This document shows, piece by piece, positions 9,819 through 19,772 of a stretch of 64,000 bases of DNA (position 1 is the stretch's first letter; each line of letters begins with the position of its first letter). Position numbers and translations under genes: made by a program. Below the pieces are notes generated by a model. The model ran no database searches. It was not told the origin of the DNA and saw nothing but the letters and a program-made list of their open reading frames with translations. Source of the stretch: an uncultured Chloroflexia bacterium (GTDB taxonomy: Bacteria > Chloroflexota > Limnocylindria > Limnocylindrales > CSP1-4); contig CAWHDR010000001.1 in assembly GCA_963828165.1 (NCBI GenBank), positions 1,696,001 to 1,760,000 of the forward strand. Direction: 5' to 3'.

Positions 9819-11074
9819 CCAGCCGGGCTGAGGCGACCAGCCCGGTCACCTCCGCACCATGGTGGGTGCGCCCCGGCCTCGACATCGACGAAGACGGGCG
9901 GTTGCGGATCGCCGGTGCGGATCCGGAGACGCTGGCCCGAGAGCACGGGACGCCGTTGTTCGTCTACGACCGGGCGCGCTTCGCCGAGCACGCTCGACAC
10001 ATCCAGGCGGCGTTCGCCGCCACCGGCCTCCCGTTCCGGCTGCGCTTCGCGCTGAAGGCCAACCCGCTGCCCGAAGTCCTCGCGGTGTTTCGGGGGCTCG
10101 GGCCGCCCGGCGCGCCGGAGAGCGTCGGCATCGATGCCTGCTCGCCCGGCGAGGTCCTGCGCGCGCTCGAATGCGGGTGGTCGCCGGACGAGATCAGCTA
10201 CACGGGCACGAATGTCTCGGAGCGCGACCTGGACGTGCTCCTCGCCCATGGCATCCATTGCAACCTGGACGCGCTCAGCCAGATCGACCGATACGGCCGA
10301 CGCGCGCCCGGGTCGCGGATCGGGATCCGCATCGACCCCGGAGCCGGCGTCGGCTACAACGAGCACCTCGAGTACAGCGGTGCGCGGCCGATGAAGTTCG
10401 GCGTCGGGCTCGAGCGGCTGGACGAGGCCATCGAGATCGCCGCTCGCCACGACCTCGCCGTCGATACCGTCCACTTCCATGCCGGCTCCGGTTGGCTGCG
10501 GGACGGGCTGCCGGGGTTCGAGCGGGCGCTCCCGGCCGCGGTCCAGGCCGTCGAGCGGCTGCGCGCGGCGGGACACGAAGTCGTCGAGGTGAACGTGGGC
10601 GGTGGGCTCGGGATGCCGGCCCGCGCGGACGAGCATCCCATCGATCTGGACGCATACGCGGCGGTCGTGGCCCGCCACCTCGGTCCGCTTGGGGTGATCG
10701 TCAGCGCCGAGCCCGGCGATCACCTGTCAAAGGACGCGGCGATCCTGCTTGGTGAAGTGGTCACGGTCGAGACGCGCCGCGGGGTCACGTTCGTCGGGCT
10801 CGATATCGGCTGGAACGTGAACTGCGCCTACTTCATCTATGGCTTCGCCCAGGAGCTCGTGCTGTGCCGCGATGCGGCAGCCTCCCGGACGAAGACCGTG
10901 ACGGTGGCCGGCCACATCAACGAGGCGAGCGACGTCTTCGCCGCCGACTATCCGATGCCGCCGGTCCGCGAGGGCGACATGGTCGCGTTGCTCAATGCCG
11001 GCGGCTACCTCCAGGCGATGAGCTCGACCCACTGCCTGCGACCGATGGGCGAGGCCGTCTTCCTGGACCGCTAA
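9815..11074 (+). CDS. group IV PLP-dependent decarboxylase (diaminopimelate decarboxylase-like)
   Basis: TPLFVYD, FALKAN (PLP Lys), KFG, HFHAGSG, NVGGG, EPG, AGGY. Confidence 0.8.
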   Translation: MTSRAEATSPVTSAPWWVRPGLDIDEDGRLRIAGADPETLAREHGTPLFVYDRARFAEHARHIQAAFAATGLPFRLRFALKANPLPEVLAVFRGLGPPGAPESVGIDACSPGEVLRALECGWSPDEISYTGTNVSERDLDVLLAHGIHCNLDALSQIDRYGRRAPGSRIGIRIDPGAGVGYNEHLEYSGARPMKFGVGLERLDEAIEIAARHDLAVDTVHFHAGSGWLRDGLPGFERALPAAVQAVERLRAAGHEVVEVNVGGGLGMPARADEHPIDLDAYAAVVARHLGPLGVIVSAEPGDHLSKDAAILLGEVVTVETRRGVTFVGLDIGWNVNCAYFIYGFAQELVLCRDAAASRTKTVTVAGHINEASDVFAADYPMPPVREGDMVALLNAGGYLQAMSSTHCLRPMGEAVFLDR

Positions 11075-11529
11075 TCGGCGTCGAGCGCGCCCCAGCTGGT
11101 GCCGCGCTCGACCTCGATCGCGATCATCGGGCTCGACTCCAATTTGTGTGTCGCGTACTGCGGGTACTTGTCCCGCAGGCGTCGGACGACATCCGTCGGC
11201 ACGTCAGCCGGCTCCAGGGGGGTCGCCCGGCCGTTGAGCCGGAGCCAACCGAGGCGGGACCAGTCCTCGTCCCAGCGCTCGACGAGGACGCTGACCTCCG
11301 GACGCTCTCGGATGTCGCGGACGCGGGCGAGATCCCGCTTGTCGTCGACGGCTTTCGGCTTGTCGTCGAGTGGCGTCAGCAAGCGGAGGTGGGCCGGATC
11401 GGCGGCCTCCACGATGAAGCAGATCGGGACTGGCCTAGGTCGGCCGTCCGGGTCGATCGTCGCGAGGATCGCCCAGCGCGCGGCGACCAGGAACGCGAGC
11501 TCTCGGGTGTCCAGGGGGGCATTGGGCAT
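11071..11529 (-). CDS. PPOX-class (pyridoxamine 5'-phosphate oxidase-like) putative F420-dependent protein
   Basis: LATIDPDGRP, DDKPK, LARVRDI, WDEDWSRLGW, KYPQY. Confidence 0.85.
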   Translation of the reverse strand: MPNAPLDTRELAFLVAARWAILATIDPDGRPRPVPICFIVEAADPAHLRLLTPLDDKPKAVDDKRDLARVRDIRERPEVSVLVERWDEDWSRLGWLRLNGRATPLEPADVPTDVVRRLRDKYPQYATHKLESSPMIAIEVERGTSWGALDAD

Positions 11530-11580
11530 CGGCGCCTCCAATGATGCGCCACCGACCGCGCCCGGTCCTACACTCCGAGC

Positions 11581-12447
11581 GTGCACGACACCAGCGTCCC
11601 GCCGACCCGCCACGTCACGACCCGCTCCGTCGTGACCGTGCGTGGCGAGACACTCGAAGTCCGCCCCGACCGCATCGTGGGCGAAGCGCCGCTGGAGATC
11701 CGCGCGGCCGGCCCCGACGAGGATCCGGTCGCGGTCGCCGTGACGATGCGGACGCCCGGCCACGAGCCAGACCTCGCCGTCGGATTCCTGCGCACGGAGG
11801 GCCTGATCGACGGCCCCAAGGACGTCGCCTCGACCGAGGGCGGGGACCCCGCGACGCTCAACCAGCCGGACGACACGATCGTCGTGCGTCTCACGCGCCC
11901 GTTCGACGCATCCGCGGTCGCGGAACGCCATTTCGTGGCGACCGCATCATGCGGGATCTGCGGCAAGGCCTCGATCGACGAGATCGCCACTCGCTGCGAG
12001 GCCCTCCCGGATGGGCCGGTCGTGGCTCGTTCGGTGATCCTGGCGCTTCCAGACCTGCTGCGCGCCGCACAGCGCGCCTTCGATCAGACCGGTGGGCTCC
12101 ATGCCGCAGCGCTGTTCAGCCCGCGCGGCGAGCTCATCGAGATCCGCGAGGACGTCGGGCGGCACAACGCCCTCGACAAGGTCGTCGGGTCGCAGCTGCT
12201 CGCGGGCGCGCTGCCCCTTCACGAGCGGATCCTCATGGTCAGTGGGCGGGTCAGCTTCGAGATCGTGCAGAAGGCCGCGGTCGCCGGCGTGCCGATCGTC
12301 TGTGCGGTGTCGGCGCCGTCGGACCTCGCCATCGAGACCGCGGAGCGGCTCGGTGTGACCCTCGTCGGGTTCCTGCGCGGTGACGGCTTCAACGTCTACA
12401 GCCACGATCGCCGCATCGACCTGCACGACCTGACGGGCTGGGGCTGA
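11581..12447 (+). CDS. fdhD: formate dehydrogenase accessory sulfurtransferase
   Basis: MRTPG, SCGICGK, TGGLHAA, EDVGRHNALDK, SAPS. Confidence 0.95.
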   Translation: MHDTSVPPTRHVTTRSVVTVRGETLEVRPDRIVGEAPLEIRAAGPDEDPVAVAVTMRTPGHEPDLAVGFLRTEGLIDGPKDVASTEGGDPATLNQPDDTIVVRLTRPFDASAVAERHFVATASCGICGKASIDEIATRCEALPDGPVVARSVILALPDLLRAAQRAFDQTGGLHAAALFSPRGELIEIREDVGRHNALDKVVGSQLLAGALPLHERILMVSGRVSFEIVQKAAVAGVPIVCAVSAPSDLAIETAERLGVTLVGFLRGDGFNVYSHDRRIDLHDLTGWG

Positions 12448-12468
12448 GGCGGGCCCGACCCGCCGCGA

Positions 12469-13572
12469 TCAGGCCTGTGGCTTCGGCGGGCGCTCGTTGA
12501 CGAATTCGAACCCGAAGCGACCCTTCACGCACAGGTGGCCCTCGGTCACGGACGAGTCCAGCGGGGACGTGACCTTGAGGATCGTGTCGTCCTGGACGTG
12601 CAGGTCGAGCACGCAGCCCACCCCGCAGTACGGGCAGATGGTGGACGTGACGGTCTGCGCCGACTCGTCCCAGGTCCCCGCGGCGCGCATGTCGTACTCG
12701 GGCTTGGCCATCAATGCGCCCGTCGGGCAGACGCCGATGCAGTTGCCGCAATACACGCACGCCGACTCCGGCAGCGGGACGGCCTGCTCCGTCGAGATCC
12801 GGGCGTCGAACCCGCGCCCGGCGACGGCGATCGCGAACGTGTTCTGGGCGTCCTCGCCGCACGCCTCGACGCACTTGTAGCAGAGGATGCACTTCGAGTA
12901 GTCGCGAACGTACAGGTCGTTGTCGATCTTCGTGGGCTGGGCGACCGTCGCCGCGGCAGCATCGCCTTCGGCGGCGTGGTGATGCCCCGGGGTGCGGTCG
13001 TCGCGCTCCCCGGCAGTGGCGGGGGCGCCCGGAGGTCCGTATCGGGCCGGATCCGCCCCATAGCGATCCATGTAGCTGTGGATGGTCCCGTCCGGCACGG
13101 TCGGGCCGGCCAGCGACACGTCGACGGACGAGCCCAGGAACTCGAGCACGACCTTGCGCGACAGGCGGACCCGCTCCGAATCGGTCTGCACGTCCATCCC
13201 CGGCTCGACCTTGCGAGAGCAGGCCGGCACCAGCACCCGCGAACCCGTGACCTCGACGACGCACACGCGACAGACGTTGACTGGCGTCAGGTTCTCCGCG
13301 TAGCACAGCGTCGGCGTGTCGATGCCCTGCTGACGACAGGCACCCAGGATCGTCGTGCCCTCCGGCACAGCCACCGCAACGCCATCGACCGTCAGCTCGA
13401 CGTCCGGCGGCGCGTCGACGGGCGGAGCGGTCGGTGGACGGGATGGCCGAGCCGGGGGCCTGAGGATGATCTCGGTGAGCGGCTGGGCCGCGGGCGCCTG
13501 CCCGCCGTGTGGCGTGTGCGGATCCGGTGCCGGGTCGCGGCTCATCGACAGGCCGCGCGTATCGTCGCTCAC
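12469..13572 (-). CDS. FDH Fe-S subunit (2Fe-2S + 2x4Fe-4S + Molybdop_Fe4S4; N-terminal part of FDH alpha)
   Basis: PTLC..CRVC..PAC; CILCYKCVEAC; CVYCGNCIGVCP; C-terminal CPYCGVGC...HLCVKGRFG; GTGA overlap start (alternative ATG 13545). Confidence 0.9.
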   Translation of the reverse strand: MSDDTRGLSMSRDPAPDPHTPHGGQAPAAQPLTEIILRPPARPSRPPTAPPVDAPPDVELTVDGVAVAVPEGTTILGACRQQGIDTPTLCYAENLTPVNVCRVCVVEVTGSRVLVPACSRKVEPGMDVQTDSERVRLSRKVVLEFLGSSVDVSLAGPTVPDGTIHSYMDRYGADPARYGPPGAPATAGERDDRTPGHHHAAEGDAAAATVAQPTKIDNDLYVRDYSKCILCYKCVEACGEDAQNTFAIAVAGRGFDARISTEQAVPLPESACVYCGNCIGVCPTGALMAKPEYDMRAAGTWDESAQTVTSTICPYCGVGCVLDLHVQDDTILKVTSPLDSSVTEGHLCVKGRFGFEFVNERPPKPQA

Positions 13573-15416
13573 AGCGCCACCAGATCCCGTTGCCGCAGCG
13601 CGGACTCGATCGCCGACGAGGCCGTCTGCCCCAGCCCGCAGATCGAGGCATCGCGCATGGCCTGCCCGATGTCCCGCAGCAGGACGAGCTCCTCGTCTCG
13701 CGAACGCACGCTGGAGCCCGCTGCGAGCCGCGCCAGCAGCTCCTCCTGGCGGACGCTCCCCACGCGACAGGGCACGCACTGGCCACACGACTCGTCGCGG
13801 AAGAACTGGGCGATGCGCCGGAGCGTGTCGACGAGGTCGACGGTCTCGTCGAAGACCATGATCACGCCCGAGCCGAGGGTCGCTGCTGCAGCGCGCGTCG
13901 CCTCGAACGTGAGCGGCATGTCCAGCGCATCGGTCCCGACGAACACGCCCGCCGCACCGCCGAGCAGGATCGCCCGGATGTCGCGACCGCCGCTGACACC
14001 GCCGGCAAGCTCGATGAGGTCGCGCAGCGTGGCCCCGAATTCGACCTCGTAGACGCCGGGCCGCTCGATGTGCCCGGACAGGCAGAAGAGCTTCGGCCCG
14101 GTCGAGCTCTCGGTGCCGATGCGCGCGTAGGCCTCCCCGCCCATCTCGAGGACGAGCGCGATGTTGGCCAGCGTCTCGACGTTGTTGACGACCGTCGGCT
14201 TGCCGAACAAACCGACCTCGACCGGGAACGGCGGCTTGTTGCGCGGCTCGCCGCGCTTGCCCTCGATCGACTCGAAGAGCGCCGTTTCCTCGCCACAGAT
14301 GTACGCGCCGGCGCCACGCCGGACCTCGACGTCGAACGTGAAACCCGAACCGAGGATGTCCGGCCCGAGCAGCCCGGCATCGCGCGCGGCTCCGATCGCA
14401 TGGCGAACTCGGGCCTCCGCCTCCGGGTACTCACCACGGATGTAGAGGTAGCCGAGGCGTGACCCGGTCGCGAACGCCGCGATCGTCATCGACTCCACGA
14501 TGGCGAACGGGTCGCCTTCCAGGAGCACACGATCCTTGAACGTGCCGGGCTCCGACTCATCCGCGTTGCAGACCAGGTAGTGGGGCTGGGCGGGCTGGCT
14601 CGCCACCGCGGCCCACTTCCGACCGGTCGGGAACGCCGCACCGCCGCGGCCCATCAGCTTCGAGGCGGTGACCTCGGCGACCACGGCTTCGGGGCCGATC
14701 TCGAGGGCCTTCGCGAGCGCGCTGTACCCGCCGCTGGCCCGGTAGTCGTCCAGGGAGCCAGGATCGACGACGCCGATCCGTCGCAGGAGACGAACGCCGG
14801 AGTCGCCGGCTTGCCGGGCGGCGAGCGGGGGGCGCGTCACGGTCGTCCCGTCCAGCCGCTTGAGGATCCCGGCGGCGTCGACCGGGGCTGCGGACGTGAC
14901 GGTCGCCGGGTCGCCCGCGCTGGTGATCATGGCCGCCGGCGCGAGGTCGCACAGGCCCAGGCACGGCGAGCGCAACCAACCGACCCGCCCGTCGCGAGCC
15001 GCCTCGCCCGCCGGCCCCACGGCTCGCGCCAGGTCGTCGCAGATCCGCTCCGCCCCCGCGATCCGGCAGGCGATGTCGTCGCAGACATGGGCCACCACGG
15101 GCGGCCGCGGTTTCGTCGAGTACAGCGCATAGAACGTGGCGACGCCGTAGGCCTCCGCGGGCGGCACTGCCAACCGTCGCGAGATGTAGTTCAGGGCGGG
15201 CTGGCTGATCCAGCCGACCCGATCCTGGACCGCATGAAGGGCCGGCAGCAGCTGCGAGCGCCTGGCACGGATCGCGTGGCCGCCACGGGCCGCATGCCCC
15301 TCGGTGCCCGGGCGTCGCGCCCCGCCCACCCAGCCCGACTCCGGCGGCCCAAGGACGCTGTCGACCGCCGCGCGCTCGGCGGGAGATGCGAGCGGCCCGA
15401 TGACGTGCAGGTCCAT
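13569..15416 (-). CDS. NuoE-NuoF-like fused diaphorase subunit of NAD-dependent FDH
   Basis: VATFY, CDDIAC, CLGLC; GRGGAAFPTGRKW, NADESEPGTFKDR, GAGAYICGEETAL, CGQCVPC. Confidence 0.92.
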   Translation of the reverse strand: MDLHVIGPLASPAERAAVDSVLGPPESGWVGGARRPGTEGHAARGGHAIRARRSQLLPALHAVQDRVGWISQPALNYISRRLAVPPAEAYGVATFYALYSTKPRPPVVAHVCDDIACRIAGAERICDDLARAVGPAGEAARDGRVGWLRSPCLGLCDLAPAAMITSAGDPATVTSAAPVDAAGILKRLDGTTVTRPPLAARQAGDSGVRLLRRIGVVDPGSLDDYRASGGYSALAKALEIGPEAVVAEVTASKLMGRGGAAFPTGRKWAAVASQPAQPHYLVCNADESEPGTFKDRVLLEGDPFAIVESMTIAAFATGSRLGYLYIRGEYPEAEARVRHAIGAARDAGLLGPDILGSGFTFDVEVRRGAGAYICGEETALFESIEGKRGEPRNKPPFPVEVGLFGKPTVVNNVETLANIALVLEMGGEAYARIGTESSTGPKLFCLSGHIERPGVYEVEFGATLRDLIELAGGVSGGRDIRAILLGGAAGVFVGTDALDMPLTFEATRAAAATLGSGVIMVFDETVDLVDTLRRIAQFFRDESCGQCVPCRVGSVRQEELLARLAAGSSVRSRDEELVLLRDIGQAMRDASICGLGQTASSAIESALRQRDLVAL

Positions 15417-15482
15417 CGCGGTCGAGTGTAGCCACGTCAAGCCCCGATGGCTGCGTGGGTTGCCGCCATCCGAGGACCTGCC

Positions 15483-16349
15483 TCAGCTGGGTGTCGCGTC
15501 AACCTCCACTGGTGCGACGTAGAGCACGCGCACGTCAAGCGGCTCATTGCGTCCCCTGAGGTTGAGCGTCCTGGTTTCCGAGGTCTCGGCGAGGCCTGCC
15601 CGTAACGCCGCGTCCTCGCTTACCAGGATCTCACCGGTCGCGGCCGCGGAAGCGAGCCGAGCCGTCACGTTCACGGTGTCCCCGATGGCGGTGAAGTCCG
15701 TCACGGCGTCGCCGATCGCGCCGACATAGGCCGTCCCGGTATGAACCCCGACACCGACCGGGATCCACGGCCCATCCGTCTGCAGGTGTCCGGTCGCCCG
15801 GAGGACGTCACGTGCCGCCTCGATCCCGCGGCTTGCGTGATCGGCACTGGCGAGGGCCGGGATGAACAGCGCCACGACTTCGTCACCGACGAACTTGTCG
15901 ATGACAGCGTCGTGCGCCAGGAGCACCTTCGTCATCTCGTGGTAGAAGCGATCGAGCAAGCCTCTGAACGCGCGCGTCCCCATCGACTCGGCAAAAGCCG
16001 TGGAGCCTCGGACGTCGGCGAACAGGAGTGTCAGCTCGATCTCGGCCCCGCCGTGGGCGCGCTCGAGCTGTTTGAAGCAGAACCCACAGATGCTCGGGTT
16101 CTTCTGCCACGGTCCCCGATCGAACATGCGGAATACCGGCGCGCCGAACCCGTGGAAAGGTGCCGAGCACAACTTGCAGCGCGGCGAACTCGGGATCAGG
16201 CGGAAGAACCGACGTCCCGCGGCGAAGTCGCCGGATTCGCCCTTCAAGATCGCACCCCACTGCGGATCGGAGATGAGCGAGTTTTCAGGCGGTTCGGCGT
16301 CGTCGGGGGCCGCGAGACGGTTCGTGGACTCTGGTGGCGTTTCGCGCAT
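15483..16349 (-). CDS. class III adenylate cyclase with N-terminal CxxC...CxxC domain
   Basis: FADVRGST, DKFVGDE, DFTAIGDTVNVTARL; CKLC and CGFC. Confidence 0.88.
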   Translation of the reverse strand: MRETPPESTNRLAAPDDAEPPENSLISDPQWGAILKGESGDFAAGRRFFRLIPSSPRCKLCSAPFHGFGAPVFRMFDRGPWQKNPSICGFCFKQLERAHGGAEIELTLLFADVRGSTAFAESMGTRAFRGLLDRFYHEMTKVLLAHDAVIDKFVGDEVVALFIPALASADHASRGIEAARDVLRATGHLQTDGPWIPVGVGVHTGTAYVGAIGDAVTDFTAIGDTVNVTARLASAAATGEILVSEDAALRAGLAETSETRTLNLRGRNEPLDVRVLYVAPVEVDATPS

Positions 16350-16418
16350 CTCACTCCCGGCGGCCTCCGCGATCGAAACCGTCCGCGGAGGTCGACCCTG
16401 AATCTACGCCCGCGCTCC

Positions 16419-18332
16419 TCAGGCCGGGACGGCTGCCTCGAGCTTCTCGATGCGGATGGCGGTGGCCTTGAACTCGGCGGTGCCGGACTTCGGGTCCGTG
16501 GCGTCGATGGTCAGGAGGTTCGTGGCCACGTCGTCCTGGAAGTGCAGGGTCATGAACGTGAGTCCGGGCCGGAGCGATTCGTCGACGCGGACCGGCACCT
16601 CCACCTGGCCGCGGCGGGACACGACGCGCACCCGTTCGCCGTCGGCCAGGCCGTGCGCGGCGAGGTCCTCCGGCGAGATATCGAGCGACTCGCCGCGCCG
16701 AAGGGGCGATGTGTAGCCCCCGCTCTGGACCCCGGTGTTGTAGGAGTCCAGCCGACGCCCCGTCGTGAGCCGGATCGGGTACTCCGTCGTGAGCTTGTCG
16801 ACGGGCGGGTCGTGGTCCACCGGCACGAACGGCACGCGGTTGCCGGGGACGGGGTCCTCCCATAGCCGCGAGTGCAGGAACAGCTCGCCCGGGTGGTCCT
16901 CGTCGTAGCACGGCCACTGGAGCCCGCCGAGCTCCTCGAGCCGGCGGTAGCTCATGCCGGCGTGGACCGGCGACAGCCGCCGGACCTCCTCCCAGACGTC
17001 CTCGGCCCTGGGCTCGCCCCACGCGCCGCCCATGCGGTTGGCGAGCTCGAAGATGATGTCCAGGTCGTCGCGCGCACCTGGAGGTGGCGCCACGGCGGCA
17101 CGTACCCGCTGGACGCGCCGCTCGGAATTGGTGACGGTGCCCTCACTCTCGGCCCAGGCCGCGGTGGCGGGGAGAACGACGTCGGCCAACGCGGCCGTCT
17201 TCGTGAGAAACAGATCCTGGACCACGAGCGTGTCCAGGCCCTCGAGCAGGCCGATCGCCCGCTTCTGATCCGCCTCCGACTGGACGGGGTTCTCGCCGAT
17301 GCAGTAGACCGCCGTGAGATCGCCCCGTTCCATCGCATCGAACATCCCGGACAGGTGCCAGCCGCGCTGCGGCGGCACCGTGACGCCCCAGGCTTGATCG
17401 AACTTCGCCCGGAGTTCGTCGTTCTCGACGTGCTGGAACCCCGGCAACCGGTCGGGCAGGGCACCCATGTCACCGCCGCCCTGGACGTTGTTCTGGCCAC
17501 GGAGCGGGTTCACGCCGCTGCCATAGCGCCCGACGTGCCCGGTCAGCAGGACGAGTGAGATGAGCGCGAGCACGTTGTCGACCGCGTTGTGGTGCTCGGT
17601 GATGCCGAGGGTCCAGCAGATCATCGCCCTGGGCGCCTGCGCGAAGGCGTGGGCCAGCTCCCGGATGGCCTCGGCCGGGACACCCGTCTCCTCCTCGGCG
17701 TATTCGAGCGTGTAGCTCTCGACCTTGGCCTTGTACGCCTCGAAATCGACCGTGGCGCGCTCGATGAACTTGCGGTCCTCGAGGCCGGCGGCGATGATCT
17801 CGCGCGCCATCGCGTTGGCAAGCGCGATGTCCGATCCGACGTCGAGCCCGAGCCAGCCGTCGGCCCATTCCGCCGACGAGGTCCGGCGCGGATCGATGGC
17901 GTACAGACGGGCGCCCTTGTGGACCGCCTTGAGGACGTGATGGAAGAAGATCGGATGTGTCTCGCGGGCGTTACTGCCCCAGAGGACGATCAGATCGGCG
18001 TCCTCGGCCTCACGATATGAATTTGTGCCGCCACCGGCACCGAACACGGTCGCCAGACCGGCGACGCTCGGAGCGTGTCAGGTCCGGTTGCAGCTGTCGA
18101 TGTTGTTGCTGCCCAGGACCGCCCGGCTGAACTTCTGGGCTGCGAAGTTGACCTCATTGGTCGCCTTGCTGCAGCTGAAGGTGCCGAAGGTCGTCGAGCC
18201 GTGAGCCGCCTTCGCGGCCGCGAACCCTTGGACCACGCGATCGAGCGCTTCGTCCCAGGTCGCGGGACGGAGCTCGCCCCCCTTCGTGTCGCGCACGAGG
18301 GGCTGGGTCAGTCGCACGTAGGGCTTCGCCAC
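16419..18332 (-). CDS. selenocysteine-containing formate dehydrogenase catalytic (Mo/W-bis-PGD) subunit
   Basis: ORFs 18078-18332 and 16419-18047 share a frame and join across one TGA: NNIDSCNRT-U-HAPSVAGL; PLRGQNNVQG; SECIS follows; GGAGG RBS. Confidence 0.95.
18049..18080 (-). promoter_or_regulatory. bacterial SECIS element
   Basis: UGA CACGCUCCGAGC GUCGCC-GGUCU-GGCGAC; 6-bp stem with G-containing loop starting 12 nt after UGA, resembling the fdhF SECIS. Confidence 0.88.
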
Positions 18333-18397
18333 GGGCGATGGCCTCCTGCGGGGGTTGACCTCCGGAGTGTACCGCGGGGTGGCCTGCGGGCGATCCG

Positions 18398-18583
18398 TCA
18401 GGGAGCCGAAGGCTGGGCGGTGATCCCCGGCACGGGGTCCACCGGGTCAAGGCCTCGCCCGAAGTCGGTCTTCAAGGCGGCGCTGTAGGCCAGCCAGACG
18501 AAGATGACGCCGGCGACGCTCAACACGAGCATCAGGATGGCGCCACGGTACGAGGACGGGGTGTAGGGATCGGGGGAGCTCAT
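18398..18583 (-). CDS. small single-TM hypothetical protein
   Basis: 61 aa with hydrophobic AILMLVLSVAGVIFVWLAY; same strand as selD and FDH. Confidence 0.6.
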   Translation of the reverse strand: MSSPDPYTPSSYRGAILMLVLSVAGVIFVWLAYSAALKTDFGRGLDPVDPVPGITAQPSAP

Positions 18584-18647
18584 CGGCGAGGTATGCGCCG
18601 ACAGGGTGGCAGTGTCAAGGCGGACGGCGATCGATCGGACGGGAGCA

Positions 18648-19707
18648 CTAGCGAAGTCGAAGCCCGGTGCCCTCGGTGACGTTGCCCACGATCCACGCCT
18701 GGACCCCGGCGTCCCGGAGGGCGTCCACGATGGACCCCACCTGGTCCGGGGATACAGCGGCCAGCAACCCTCCGCTGGTCTGGGGGTCGTGGGCGAGCGT
18801 GACGAGAGCGGGGTCGACGCCGTCGGCGACCTCGAGCGCGTCCGCCACGAAGCGTCGGTTGTGGGCAGCGCCGCCGGTCTCCACGCCGGCCGCGGCCAGT
18901 CCCACCGCCCCCGGCAGGGCAGGCAGGGCCGACGCCTCGAAGACGAAGCGCGTGCCGGACGCCCGAGCCATCTCGAGGCCGTGGCCCAGCAGCCCGAAGC
19001 CGGTCACGTCCGTGGCGGCGACGATGCCGTGGTCGACAAGGGCTACGGACGCCGCCCGGTTGAGGGTCCGCATCTGCTCGATGGCCGTCGCCAGGTCCAC
19101 CTCGCTCGTCCGGCCGCCCCGCGCTCCCGAAACCAGGACGCCGGTCCCCAGGCGCTTGGTCAGGATCAGGATGTCGCCTGGCTTCGCTCCACCCTTGCGC
19201 AGCAGCTTGTCGGGGTGGGCCGCCCCGATCACCGCGAGCCCGTACTTGGGCTCCGGATCCCGGATCGTGTGGCCGCCGGCGAGCGTGCCGCCGGCTTCAC
19301 GCACCTTCGATGACGCGCCCTCGAAGATGGCGGCCAGCACATCCCGTTGGCAGCTCCTCGGGAAACGCGGCGATCGACAGCGCGAACAGCACGCGCCCGC
19401 CCATCGCGAACACGTCGCTCAGCGCGTTGGCCGCCGCGATCTCGCCGAACGTCCGCGGGTCGTCCACGAGCGGCGGGAAGAAGTCCAGCGTGCCGATGAT
19501 CGCGAGGTCGTCGCTGACGCGATACGCGGCAGCGTCATCGGGGGGGTCCAGGCCCGCGATGAGGTTCCCCGGCGCATCGAGCGCCGCCTCGGCACCGAGG
19601 CCGCTGAGCGCATCCGCCAGCAGGTCCGCCCCGAGCTTGGCGGCGCAGCCACCGCAATCGGTCAACGTGGTGAGGCGCAGCGGCGGCGGGGCGTCGAGCG
19701 TGGTCAC
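18648..19707 (-). CDS. selD: selenide, water dikinase (Cys-type) with a +1 frameshift near 19341-19350
   Basis: LRLT..CGGCAAKLG, DDAA, DFFPP, ANALSDVFAMGG, GGHT, TDVTGFGLLGH, DPQTSGGLL; span 1060 nt = 3n+1. Confidence 0.9.
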
Positions 19708-19772
19708 TCGCCGATGATAGGTCCGAACCCGCAGGGAGGGCCGATCCTCCCCCGCGCGCTACCATCGAGCGT

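Noticed and set aside
18078-18332. 84-aa ORF as a separate gene or FDH pseudogene
   Set aside because: It is the N-terminus of the Sec-recoded FDH.
19640-19660. Possible Sec in SelD
   Set aside because: Both codons of CGGC are TGC (Cys).
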